This document shows, piece by piece, positions 48,462 through 57,663 of a stretch of DNA of 64,000 nucleotides (its first letter is position 1; every line of letters begins with the position of its first letter). Position numbers and translations under genes: made by a program. The DNA comes from a virus (Duplodnaviria; Caudoviricetes), in the IMG/VR virus record IMGVR_UViG_3300024235_000344, positions 4,982 to 68,981 of that record, one strand, 5' to 3'. The notes below the pieces were generated by a model, which was not told where the DNA came from, made no database searches, and was given only the letters and a program-made list of their open reading frames with translations.

Positions 48462-48757
48462 AACCACCACCATATCATTCTATTGAAAATCAAGAGTTTT
48501 TACATTCATTTTATTCTTTCTGTACTTTCGTTGCTTTAATAAACGGTAAAAAATTAAACTACGCTACTGTTTTCCTTAAACTACTAGAAAGTGAATCTTT
48601 ATTAAATTTATTTAAATTGTATATAAATGAAGATAACAATTTTAGTGCTCTTCAAAAATTTATTCAAACAGAACCTTCAATTACAAAAAGTAAGTATATA
48701 ACAAAATTTCTTAATAAATTTGATAAAAATGCATTTCAGCAAAGATCTTTATTATAA
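48455..48757 (+). CDS. Hypothetical protein
   Basis: 100-aa ORF overlapping the DHH stop. Confidence 0.55.
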   Translation: MLEPPPYHSIENQEFLHSFYSFCTFVALINGKKLNYATVFLKLLESESLLNLFKLYINEDNNFSALQKFIQTEPSITKSKYITKFLNKFDKNAFQQRSLL

Positions 48758-48772
48758 AGTTAACATTATAGT

Positions 48773-49402
48773 ATGACAGAATTCGAAAAAATAATATACA
48801 ATACATTTTTAGAGACTAGTAAAAAGGTAAATAACAAACCGGTAAGATATAGAAAAGATTTTACTAAATTTGAAGCAAGTGAAAACTATATTTATATCAA
48901 TAAATTATCTGCATTCTTTACTAAATTTAAACATATAAATGTAAAAGATTTTTTTGAAGCTCCTTATTTTGTATATGATGAAAATTATTTCGATTTAAAA
49001 TTTTATTGCTCCCATAAAGCAATAAAGACTTATACAGCATATAATGATAATTATATTTTAAATAACCCTGATGATCCTAATACTTTACTAAAATTAAAAG
49101 AGTCTATTAGTTTTATATACGATTTCTGTAAAAGTGAAAATATTAAACCACAACAATATATTAACCATATTGAAGGTAATTATAATAGCTTCTTTAAGCA
49201 TATAAAAGAAAGAAGTATTAACTTTTACATCATATTTAGTTTCCCTGGTATTGACCAAATTTTAAATAATTATGATAATGAGATAAAGGGTATGTTCAGT
49301 TCTAACTTTTCTAAAATTAACTATTTACGAACAAAATTTTACGCTAGCGGTAAAGCAAAAAAAATAATTAATAAATTTAAAGAATACGTTGAAACTCGAT
49401 AG
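48773..49402 (+). CDS. Hypothetical protein, possibly gp59-like helicase loader
   Basis: Size and position immediately upstream of gp32; sequence match is weak. Confidence 0.4.
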   Translation: MTEFEKIIYNTFLETSKKVNNKPVRYRKDFTKFEASENYIYINKLSAFFTKFKHINVKDFFEAPYFVYDENYFDLKFYCSHKAIKTYTAYNDNYILNNPDDPNTLLKLKESISFIYDFCKSENIKPQQYINHIEGNYNSFFKHIKERSINFYIIFSFPGIDQILNNYDNEIKGMFSSNFSKINYLRTKFYASGKAKKIINKFKEYVETR

Positions 49403-49416
49403 TTGTATAGTATAAT
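49389..49416 (+). promoter_or_regulatory. sigma70-like promoter TTGAAA-N16-TATAAT
   Basis: 6 nt before gp32 ATG. Confidence 0.65.
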
Positions 49417-49422
49417 ATTGTT

Positions 49423-50307
49423 ATGAGTATAACAAGTTCAATGTTCGATAGTATTAAGTCTGCTCTAGCGACAGACAATGAAAGCAATAAAAGTGGGTAT
49501 GCTGATATCCTTAAAACTCCGGTAGGTAATACATTTACTGTAAGACTTCTACCAGATGGTAAGAATCCTCAAAATACATTTTTTCATTATTTCCAGCATG
49601 GTTGGAATAGCTTTGCAACTGGTCAGTATACCAGTGCATTGTCATTGCAGACGTTTGGTGAAAGAGACCCGATTGCTGAAGAAAGGTATAAGATTCTACG
49701 AACTGGTTCTGAAGAAGAAAAAGAAAAGGCGAAGGCAATTATGCGTTCTGAGAAATGGTTAGTTAATGTGTATGTCGTTAACGATCCGGTTAACCCAGAA
49801 AATAACGGTAAGGTAAAGATTCTTCGTTATGGTAAGCAAATTCATAATATTATTATGGATGCGATCGAAGGTGAAGATGCAGCTGATTTAGGTCCACGTA
49901 TTTTTGATCTAGGACCTAATGGTACTAATTTTAGAGTTAAAGTTGAGAAGCAAGGTGATTACCCGACTTATGTATCGTCTAAGTTTGCAATGCCATCAGC
50001 AATTGACGGTGTTAATGATAATAATATGCAAAGTATCTATGATGGTACAATTGATTTACCATCAGTATTTACTGCTAAGAGTCCAGAAGATCTTAAAGTT
50101 ATGTTAGATGATCATTTTTATTGTAATGAAGGTGGATCAACTAATACTACTAGTGATGTGAATAATGTACCTGAGAGCTATAATTCATCTACCCCAGTTG
50201 TACAGACATCAGTCCCAGAACCAGTATCAGCTCCATCTTCAGGTAATCAAACAAAGGAAAATGAAGATGAAGTTCTTAAGGAATTACTTGCTGGTATTGA
50301 TCTATAA
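49423..50307 (+). CDS. 32: Single-stranded DNA-binding protein gp32
   Basis: 'VRLLP', 'DPIAE', 'VYVVNDP.NPENNGKV..LRYGKQI', 'IFDL...G.NFR', 'YPTY..SKF'; acidic tail. Confidence 0.9.
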   Translation: MSITSSMFDSIKSALATDNESNKSGYADILKTPVGNTFTVRLLPDGKNPQNTFFHYFQHGWNSFATGQYTSALSLQTFGERDPIAEERYKILRTGSEEEKEKAKAIMRSEKWLVNVYVVNDPVNPENNGKVKILRYGKQIHNIIMDAIEGEDAADLGPRIFDLGPNGTNFRVKVEKQGDYPTYVSSKFAMPSAIDGVNDNNMQSIYDGTIDLPSVFTAKSPEDLKVMLDDHFYCNEGGSTNTTSDVNNVPESYNSSTPVVQTSVPEPVSAPSSGNQTKENEDEVLKELLAGIDL

Positions 50308-50813
50308 TGAGTGATCAACCTCCAGAATCATTTGAAAGACAATTATCGTCACAAGAAGAACGAGATGTGTTACTCAATTTTATGGGTAACACATACGGTG
50401 AAATTAAAAAACTTGATGGTAACATTGTAGGTGCGTCTTCAACTCTTCAAGCTACAAAAAGTGAAGAAGTTAAAAGACACATTGAAAAGGTATTTAATGA
50501 ACCTCATTCTCAAGTTCAGCAACCTCAAGTTCAGCAAGCACCAGTCCATCAACCTCAAGTTCAGCAAGCACCAGTCCATCAACCTCAAGTTGAACTAGTT
50601 CAGCAACCAGATATAGATCAAAATCAATTATCATTTAATTTTGACGTAAATGAGAAAGAGGAATTATTTGAATTAGTTAATAAAATGTTAACTAGGTTGG
50701 ATAAATTAAATCGTAAAGTTGATATATTAACTGATTTAGCCCATCAACCTCGTTTAGTAAAAAAAAAATCAATCAATCGAAAAAAAGCAGTTAAAGCAAC
50801 TAAGGAACTATAA
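50307..50813 (+). CDS. Hypothetical protein with Q/P/V repeats
   Basis: 168-aa ORF containing QPQVQQAPVH repeats. Confidence 0.65.
   Translation: MSDQPPESFERQLSSQEERDVLLNFMGNTYGEIKKLDGNIVGASSTLQATKSEEVKRHIEKVFNEPHSQVQQPQVQQAPVHQPQVQQAPVHQPQVELVQQPDIDQNQLSFNFDVNEKEELFELVNKMLTRLDKLNRKVDILTDLAHQPRLVKKKSINRKKAVKATKEL
50509..50591 (+). repeat. 30-bp in-frame tandem repeat (2 full copies plus partial flanks)
   Basis: CAACCTCAAGTTCAGCAAGCACCAGTCCAT at 50520 and 50550. Confidence 0.9.
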
Positions 50814-50819
50814 TATAAT
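50804..50819 (+). promoter_or_regulatory. GGAAC-N5-TATAAT promoter motif
   Basis: GGAAC TATAA TATAAT, 11 nt before gp45 ATG. Confidence 0.55.
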
Positions 50820-50830
50820 ACAGAGTATAT

Positions 50831-51574
50831 ATGATTTTATTAAAAATAAAAAATAAAAAAGACTTTATCAATAGTTTTTTAGGTTCTATATCAAACTTAA
50901 ATGATATGGGTATATTAACAGTTACTGCTGATTCATTAACGTGTATATTAGCATCAGCTGATGCAACTATTGTTTGTAAATCTACAATTAATGTAGAATG
51001 TGATATGCCGCAGGATTCAATTACTTTAAATATACCTGATATTAAACGATTAGTTAGAGTTTTAGATATATTACCAGATCAATCGATTGAATTAAAAATT
51101 GAATCTAATAATATTTCATATAATAAAGGTGGTTATAAATTTAAATACCATCTACTTGATGATGGTATTATTAAACAACCTAATCTTAATATGGAAAAGG
51201 TTGGTAAGCTTAATTTTGATACTACCTTTAAAGTTAAAGAGCAAAATCTTAGTACTTTATTTAAAGGCAGTTCATTTACTAGTGAAACTCATAAATTATA
51301 TATATTTCAAGAAGAGCAAGATAAAATTATTGGTGAGCTAGGAGATAAAAATAGACATAATACAGATAATTTTGTTTGCGAGTTATCAAATGAAACTGAA
51401 GGTAGTATGATAACCAAACCGTTACCATTAAACTTTGAATCATTTAGATTGATTAACTTTAATGGTTGTAGGGAAATGATTTTTAACGTAAATCAGGAGA
51501 TGGGAGTATTGACTTGTTCTTTTAATAAAGGGGATACATCATTGATTTATATAATTTCAGCTCTAATTAATTAA
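50831..51574 (+). CDS. 45: Sliding clamp gp45
   Basis: ~247 aa, clamp-like pattern ('LNIPDIKRLVRVL', 'FKYHL'); replication-module context. Confidence 0.7.
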   Translation: MILLKIKNKKDFINSFLGSISNLNDMGILTVTADSLTCILASADATIVCKSTINVECDMPQDSITLNIPDIKRLVRVLDILPDQSIELKIESNNISYNKGGYKFKYHLLDDGIIKQPNLNMEKVGKLNFDTTFKVKEQNLSTLFKGSSFTSETHKLYIFQEEQDKIIGELGDKNRHNTDNFVCELSNETEGSMITKPLPLNFESFRLINFNGCREMIFNVNQEMGVLTCSFNKGDTSLIYIISALIN

Positions 51575-51575
51575 T

Positions 51576-51935
51576 ATGCAACATACGAATTGGTCAGAAC
51601 ATAAAGTTAAAAATAAAATTAAAACTGCAGGTTATTTTATAAAGCGATTAAAAGATAATGGTTTTGTAGTTTTAAAAATGTTTAATGCATATAGTCAAGT
51701 TGATCCCCGTAGGTGGTCAGTTTTGATTGATCCAGGTTATCATTCAGTATACGTTACTTGTTTTACAAATAAAGATGAAAAAAACGAAGTATTATTTGAA
51801 TTTGATGATGGTGGTAATAGATTCAAAAAAGGGTTTTATTTAAAGACCGATAGCATTGAAGTAGTTGTTAATCTTTTAATTGAAAAAGGTGTAAATAACG
51901 ACCCATCAAAAAATCCATTCAGTAAGACTAAATAA
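51576..51935 (+). CDS. Hypothetical protein
   Basis: 119-aa ORF directly after gp45. Confidence 0.6.
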   Translation: MQHTNWSEHKVKNKIKTAGYFIKRLKDNGFVVLKMFNAYSQVDPRRWSVLIDPGYHSVYVTCFTNKDEKNEVLFEFDDGGNRFKKGFYLKTDSIEVVVNLLIEKGVNNDPSKNPFSKTK

Positions 51936-51939
51936 GTAT

Positions 51940-52284
51940 ATGGGAGACGAAACTCCAAAAAAGAGAGGTAGACCTAAAAAGGTAAAAATTGAGTCTGTGT
52001 CTCTCTCTGCAGTAGATACATCTAATAATGATATACAAAATGTTATTAGAGATGCTTTACGTACAATTATAATCGAGAATAGTGAAATTAAAAAGGATGA
52101 AGAAACTATCGAAGCGATGACCTCGACTTGCTCGGAGTTTATGAAGAGTTTTATTATTATGGGATATGATCTCAATGATAATGCAATTGCTCCGATATTT
52201 TACGCAAAGTCAGACATGGAAGCAGATGCTTTATCTCATTATATGCAGCAGTATTTTATGTCTTCGATGAAACAACAGCATTGA
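51940..52284 (+). CDS. Hypothetical protein with AT-hook-like motif
   Basis: 'KKRGRPKK'; TAAATA-N5-ATG. Confidence 0.6.
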   Translation: MGDETPKKRGRPKKVKIESVSLSAVDTSNNDIQNVIRDALRTIIIENSEIKKDEETIEAMTSTCSEFMKSFIIMGYDLNDNAIAPIFYAKSDMEADALSHYMQQYFMSSMKQQH

Positions 52285-52308
52285 TTTTCATATATTGTAT
52301 GTTATAAT
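52281..52308 (+). promoter_or_regulatory. sigma70-like promoter TTGATT-N16-TATAAT
   Basis: 6 nt before ATG 52315; heads the rhamnose genes. Confidence 0.65.
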
Positions 52309-52314
52309 ATATGT

Positions 52315-53187
52315 ATGAAATTATTAGTATTAGGTAAAGGCTTTATATCTGAATATCTCGTTAAATATCTTAACGGATCTGAGCATTCAGTTGATTGTTA
52401 CTCTAAAGAAGAGTTAGATTATTCAGATGATATAGTCTTATATAATAAGATTGTAGATCAAGCAGATTTTGGTGAAGCTTTCGGTAACGGTTATGATGTT
52501 ATTATTAATACTGCAGGGTTTACAGGAAGCCCTAATGTAGATGAATGCGAGTCAAGAAAAGCTGAATGTTTTGACTTAAATGTTAAGTTACCAAAAACGA
52601 TTGAAAGTGTATGTAAAGCAACAGGTGTTAAGTTTATAAATGTAAGTTCTGGTTGTATATATACCGGATATGATAAAGACTATACAGAAGAGGATGAACC
52701 GAATTTTGGTATGTATAACAGCGAGTCAAGCTTTTATAGTAAGACAAAGCATGCATGTGAGTTAACTCTAGATAATGATTTTACGAATACCATTCGTATT
52801 AGAATGCCGGTTACTAGTAAAGATGACCATAAAAATTTACTTACTAAATTAAACAAATACGATAATATTATTGACTTCAGGAATAGTAAAACTGATGTAG
52901 TTAAATTATGTCAGTTTATTGAAGTAGTAGTAGAGAATTTTAAGCCAGGTATATATAATGCAGTACATAATAAGACTCTTACAACGAGAGAGGTTACAGA
53001 GATTATGGCAGAGTACGGTTTACAGAATGATAATTGGGAGTTTATACCATATGAAGATTTAGATATTCAAGCAAATAGAAGTAATTGCGTATTAGATAAT
53101 AGTAAAGCAAAGAGGGACTTTGATTTTGATTTCGGAGATGAAGAATATTATATTCGTCTTAATTGCGCGGTATTACAACAAAAATAA
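52315..53187 (+). CDS. NDP-4-keto-6-deoxyglucose 3,5-epimerase/4-reductase (NRS/ER / UGER type, RmlD superfamily)
   Basis: 'AGFTGSPNVDECES', 'SSGCIY', 'EEDEPNF', 'SFYSKTK', 'IRIRMP', 'RSNCVLD' match the plant NRS/ER pattern. Confidence 0.75.
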   Translation: MKLLVLGKGFISEYLVKYLNGSEHSVDCYSKEELDYSDDIVLYNKIVDQADFGEAFGNGYDVIINTAGFTGSPNVDECESRKAECFDLNVKLPKTIESVCKATGVKFINVSSGCIYTGYDKDYTEEDEPNFGMYNSESSFYSKTKHACELTLDNDFTNTIRIRMPVTSKDDHKNLLTKLNKYDNIIDFRNSKTDVVKLCQFIEVVVENFKPGIYNAVHNKTLTTREVTEIMAEYGLQNDNWEFIPYEDLDIQANRSNCVLDNSKAKRDFDFDFGDEEYYIRLNCAVLQQK

Positions 53188-53188
53188 T

Positions 53189-53950
53189 ATGGCAAGAAAA
53201 GGTATAATTTTAGCTGGCGGTAATGGTACGCGTTTATTCCCATTAACTCACAGTATCTCAAAACAAGTATTACCGGTATACGATAAACCGCTACTACTGT
53301 ACCCGATACAAACGGTATTGGATGCTGGTGTAGATGAAATTATATTTATTATCAAACCCGATCAGTATTATAATTTTCAGGGGTTAATTAGTAAGCTTAA
53401 ATTACCAGTTAAATCTAGGATTATAATGCAGGTAGAACCTGATGGTTTAGCGCAAGCATTTATTTTAGCAGAAGAATATATTGAGGGTCATTCAGTTGTA
53501 TTAGCTTTAGGGGATAATATCTTTTACAGTGATACATTAAATGAGGATCTTGCAAATATCTTACCTAATGAGAATATTATATTTGGATATGAAGTTAATA
53601 ACCCGAATGCATACGGAGTTGCTGCTTTTGATGATGATGGTGTGTTAATTGATGTTGTTGAAAAACCAGTTAACGCTCCCAGTAATTACGCTATACCAGG
53701 TTTATACTTCTTTGATGATACAGTTATTGAGAAAGCAAAGAATTGTAAGAGAAGTAATCGCGGTGAATACGAAATCGTCGATGTAATTAAACAGTATATA
53801 GCAGAGAAAACTATTAGCATTTATAAATTAGATAAAGGGGCTGCGTGGTTTGATTGCGGTACTATTGACGATTTACTAGATGCTGGTAATTTTGTAAAAG
53901 CTATACAAACGAGAACAAATAATAAAATTGGGTATTCAAATAAGAAATGA
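53189..53950 (+). CDS. rmlA: Glucose-1-phosphate thymidylyltransferase
   Basis: 'KGIILAGGNGTRLFPLT..ISKQVLPVYDKP', 'QVEPDGLAQAF', 'LGDNIF', 'EKP', 'WFDCGT'; start set to 53189. Confidence 0.93.
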   Translation: MARKGIILAGGNGTRLFPLTHSISKQVLPVYDKPLLLYPIQTVLDAGVDEIIFIIKPDQYYNFQGLISKLKLPVKSRIIMQVEPDGLAQAFILAEEYIEGHSVVLALGDNIFYSDTLNEDLANILPNENIIFGYEVNNPNAYGVAAFDDDGVLIDVVEKPVNAPSNYAIPGLYFFDDTVIEKAKNCKRSNRGEYEIVDVIKQYIAEKTISIYKLDKGAAWFDCGTIDDLLDAGNFVKAIQTRTNNKIGYSNKK

Positions 53951-54897
53951 TGAAAATTGACATTAAAAATATTTTAGTAACAGGAGGTTATGGATTTATC
54001 GGAGGTAATTTTATCCGGTTTATTAAAGATAACTTCCCTCAGCATCGAATTGTATGTTTAGATAAAAATGGATACGCTTCTAATAAAAAATATGTAGAGG
54101 GGTTATGCGATAAAGAATATAAATTTGATTTAGTATGTAACAAGAAGCTAAATATGCTATTTGAGACAGAAGATAAATTTGACTATATATTCCACTTCGC
54201 AGCAGAGTCTCATGTAGATAATAGTATTAAAGATCCCTCTATTTTTATACAGTCAAACGTTGTAGGTACGCAAAATTTACTTGAATGTTTCCGTAAAGCA
54301 AAATATGGTAAAATGGTACATATTAGCACTGACGAAGTATACGGACATTTAGGGTTTAACGATCCTTCATTCTTAGAGTCGACCCCAATTAACCCTCGTT
54401 CTCCCTACGCTGCTAGTAAGGCATCAAGCGATCTCTTGTGTATGGCATATATTAATACCTTCGATTGTAATATTAGTATTACTAGATGCTGTAATAATTA
54501 TGGACCTAATCAGCATAGTGAGAAATTTATACCGACTATTATAAAATCTCTTAGTAAAAATAAGAAAGTACCAATTTACGGAGAAGGGCTTAATATACGC
54601 GAGTGGGTACATGTACATGATCATAATTTAGCTGTATGGGCAGTCGCAACGAATGGTAAACCTGAAGTATATAATATCGGTTCTGGCGTTGAATTAACTA
54701 ATATTGAATTGGTTGATAAAATCTGCAAGATAATGGATAAGGATTTAGATAAAAGCGCAGTATTTGTTGAAGATCGGTTAGGTCATGATTTCCGTTATAG
54801 TATTGACTGCAGTAAAATACAAGAAGAGTTATTATATGAGCCGCTATATACAGACTTCGATGAGCAGTTAAAAGAATTAGTTAAAGAGTATGTTTAA
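53947..54897 (+). CDS. rmlB: dTDP-glucose 4,6-dehydratase
   Basis: 'TGGYGFIG', 'HFAAESHVDNSI', 'ISTDEVYG', 'SPYAASK', 'NNYGP.Q..EK.IP', 'DRLGHD.RY'. Confidence 0.95.
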   Translation: MMKIDIKNILVTGGYGFIGGNFIRFIKDNFPQHRIVCLDKNGYASNKKYVEGLCDKEYKFDLVCNKKLNMLFETEDKFDYIFHFAAESHVDNSIKDPSIFIQSNVVGTQNLLECFRKAKYGKMVHISTDEVYGHLGFNDPSFLESTPINPRSPYAASKASSDLLCMAYINTFDCNISITRCCNNYGPNQHSEKFIPTIIKSLSKNKKVPIYGEGLNIREWVHVHDHNLAVWAVATNGKPEVYNIGSGVELTNIELVDKICKIMDKDLDKSAVFVEDRLGHDFRYSIDCSKIQEELLYEPLYTDFDEQLKELVKEYV

Positions 54898-55153
54898 ACA
54901 AAAAATAAAACAGGGTAATATATATGCGGTTCATCATGGTGATTATGCTGGTCAAATGATTGTATATATTATGCAAGATAAAAAGGAACAACGATATAAT
55001 TTTCTTGCGTTACCCGATATGAAAACATTAAAAATTAAGCAAACAGACTTTGATGAAGGTATGTCAACTGGATTGGTAAAATTCGTTGAGAAATCACCTA
55101 AACATGTTGTAAAAGTTATTGTTGCGCAGTATAAGAAAAACGAAAAACTATGA
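54890..55153 (+). CDS. Hypothetical protein
   Basis: 87-aa ORF coupled between rmlB and rnh. Confidence 0.6.
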   Translation: MFKQKIKQGNIYAVHHGDYAGQMIVYIMQDKKEQRYNFLALPDMKTLKIKQTDFDEGMSTGLVKFVEKSPKHVVKVIVAQYKKNEKL

Positions 55154-56001
55154 GTAAAATCTTGAGCATAGATGGAAATAATCTCGTGCATCGCGTATAC
55201 TATGTAGCTAATAATATGCCGCATAAGTCTGAGTATTTACATGTATATATGTTTTTAAATAGCGTTAAAAGCTATGTTGAGATGTATAGACCAGATAAAG
55301 TATACTGTGTTTGGGATGAAAAGCTTGTTTATAAACCAAATAAGCGTCTAGAATTATTACCTGAATATAAGGGTAATAGAGATAAAGAAAAAGGTAGAGA
55401 AGTACATACTAAAAACGGTTTAATTAAAGAGTTATTACAATCAATTGGTATCCCATCTATACTTCCGCTAGAATATGAAGCAGACGATGTTATTGCTATC
55501 ATAGATGATGTTATACCTCACGATAGTCATGTAGTAGTTACAGTTGATAGAGATTTATGTCAGTTAATTACTAATAAAACTGTTGTATATGATGCAATTC
55601 GTAAGTTTGAGATTAATTTAAGTAACTTTGAAGAGAAGCTAAAGTATAATAAAGAGCAGTTTGTAAGAGTTAAAGCTATAACTGGAGATAAGAGTGATAA
55701 TATACCAGGTATTAAGGGGTTTGGTAAAAAGAAGATTGAGAAGTACTTTAATAATGAAGTAGACTTTACTGACGGTGAAAGAGAGATATTTGAGAGAAAT
55801 CTTAAGTTAGTGACTCTTGTAAATAACGGGGATGAAGCAGAGTCTGTAAAAGCTCAACTAGATACCTGCTCATTTAAGACTGATTGGACGCTTTTTAAAC
55901 AGAAAGCTGAAGAATTAAACTTTAAAAATATTATTAAAAATGATAGTATCTGGTATTCAACATTCTTTCAAACTAATAGATTATTAGAACTACTAGCTTA
56001 A
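55150..56001 (+). CDS. rnh: T4 RNase H-like 5'-3' exonuclease/flap endonuclease
   Basis: 'IDGNN', 'EYKGNR', 'YEADD', 'DRDLCQL', 'GDKSDNIPG'. Confidence 0.9.
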   Translation: MSKILSIDGNNLVHRVYYVANNMPHKSEYLHVYMFLNSVKSYVEMYRPDKVYCVWDEKLVYKPNKRLELLPEYKGNRDKEKGREVHTKNGLIKELLQSIGIPSILPLEYEADDVIAIIDDVIPHDSHVVVTVDRDLCQLITNKTVVYDAIRKFEINLSNFEEKLKYNKEQFVRVKAITGDKSDNIPGIKGFGKKKIEKYFNNEVDFTDGEREIFERNLKLVTLVNNGDEAESVKAQLDTCSFKTDWTLFKQKAEELNFKNIIKNDSIWYSTFFQTNRLLELLA

Positions 56002-56009
56002 ATATTTTT

Positions 56010-56255
56010 ATGAACCAAAACGAATTCGTTAATCCGCAACAAATCAGATCCCCATATACTGGAGAAACCTCCCGTCCTACATACAATACATATGATGCAG
56101 ATGGTAAGACATACGAGCAAGCAGTTTTCTCCGACCCGGTAACTGGGCATATTATCAAGAAGGGTTTAGTATCAGTTAAAGATGCACAAACTGGTGAATT
56201 AATCGCTGATTATAATGGGATTATCAAGAGTGTTACAACTCAAAGTAGAGGTTAA
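56010..56255 (+). CDS. Hypothetical late protein
   Basis: TAAATA-N5-ATG. Confidence 0.6.
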   Translation: MNQNEFVNPQQIRSPYTGETSRPTYNTYDADGKTYEQAVFSDPVTGHIIKKGLVSVKDAQTGELIADYNGIIKSVTTQSRG

Positions 56256-56261
56256 TATTAA

Positions 56262-56289
56262 TTGATTACTGCTATTAGTATACTATAAT
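56262..56289 (+). promoter_or_regulatory. sigma70-like promoter TTGATT-N16-TATAAT
   Basis: 6 nt before primase GTG. Confidence 0.65.
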
Positions 56290-56295
56290 TAGTAT

Positions 56296-57330
56296 GTGAT
56301 AGTCGTCCCAGAACAGTATACCGTACAAGTATTATACGAGAATATCTATAAGATAACGTATAATAAATATAGTCATTCATATAATGGTTGTTGTCCTATA
56401 TGTAAAGAAGGATCTTCATGGGGTAAGAAGAAGAGGTTCTTTTATATCCCGAAAAAAGACTTAGCATATTGTCATAACTGCGGTTATAGTAAAAAGACGT
56501 TAGGATTCTTATTAGATGTTACTAGTAAGCCGCTTCATTTCTTAATAAATGAAATTAAAAACTTTGATGTGGTGATACAAATGCCTCGCGAAGAGGTTAA
56601 AGAGGAAAAGAAGGTAATAGATAAGAGCTTACCTGACGATTGCATTAATTTATCTGATACTAGTCAAGTAGAGTATTATAAAGATAATGCAGCAGTTATA
56701 GCAGCTTTAAACTTAATTAAAACGCGTAAATTAGATAAAGGTATTAATAAACCGAAAACGTTTTATATATCGCTAAAAGACCCGGTACATAAAAATAGAC
56801 TTATCTTACCATTCTATGACGATAACGGAGATATTATATTCTACCAATCTCGAGGGTTAATGAAGAAGGATTTATTTGATAGACCGAAATATCTTAGTAA
56901 AGTAGGTGCAGAGAGAAGCTTATATGGTATGCAAAATATTAATCCCGACCTAGATTACGTTTTTATCTTTGAGGGTCCGATTGATAGCTATTTTGTAGAA
57001 AATGGTTTAGCTACTTGCGGTATTACAGAGAGAAGTGATAAGATGTTTACTGTATTGCAGAAGCAGCAAATCAATAAGCTTAATTTATATGAGAAGATTT
57101 ACGTGCTAGATAATCAACGCTGTGATAAAGCTGCATTATTGAAGAGTATATCTCTAGCTGATAACAATGAAAAGGTTTTTATATGGCCGAAAGCGTTAAA
57201 AAGGTTTAAAGACTTTAACGATATATGCGTTGCTGGTAATAAAGACAAAATAAAACCTGAATTTATATTAAAAAATACTCATTCAGGTCTTAAAGCTAAA
57301 TTATTATTAACTGAAATTAAGAATAGTTAA
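56296..57330 (+). CDS. 61: DNA primase gp61
   Basis: Zn finger 'CPIC...CHNC', 'RLILPF', 'YQSR', TOPRIM 'FEGPID', 'DN', 'KDFND'. Confidence 0.92.
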   Translation: MIVVPEQYTVQVLYENIYKITYNKYSHSYNGCCPICKEGSSWGKKKRFFYIPKKDLAYCHNCGYSKKTLGFLLDVTSKPLHFLINEIKNFDVVIQMPREEVKEEKKVIDKSLPDDCINLSDTSQVEYYKDNAAVIAALNLIKTRKLDKGINKPKTFYISLKDPVHKNRLILPFYDDNGDIIFYQSRGLMKKDLFDRPKYLSKVGAERSLYGMQNINPDLDYVFIFEGPIDSYFVENGLATCGITERSDKMFTVLQKQQINKLNLYEKIYVLDNQRCDKAALLKSISLADNNEKVFIWPKALKRFKDFNDICVAGNKDKIKPEFILKNTHSGLKAKLLLTEIKNS

Positions 57331-57380
57331 TTATAGTTTACCACCCTTCATATATTACTTTATTAAAAAGGTGGTTAAAT

Positions 57381-57635
57381 TTAAACGTCTGGATATAATC
57401 TATTAAGATGTAACCCTAAATCAGTTGCATCAATTTTATAATCATCTACATCAAGACTATTTATATCTTCGATGATATCCTGGAAGTCATTTAGTATAGG
57501 TTTTAAATCATTTTCTAATTCAGGTTTATTACGGAGAAGATCTTCAAGTCTTTCAAAAATATTACCTTCCTCAATATCGTAATCAGTATTACCAAAATCT
57601 TCATTTAAAGATGCGTATAGTTTATCAAATTTCAT
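57381..57635 (-). CDS. Small acidic late protein
   Basis: 'MKFDKLYASLNE'; start set to 57635. Confidence 0.55.
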   Translation of the reverse strand: MKFDKLYASLNEDFGNTDYDIEEGNIFERLEDLLRNKPELENDLKPILNDFQDIIEDINSLDVDDYKIDATDLGLHLNRLYPDV

Positions 57636-57663
57636 ATATAAATAATAATACCCGTTTAAAGTT

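Noticed and set aside
12339-54897. Streptomycin-like antibiotic pathway (StrB-, StrS-, StrD/E/L- and StrF-like genes all present)
   Set aside because: The genes are split among three unlinked loci and these families are generic to sugar metabolism; no inositol enzymes, kinase or exporter seen
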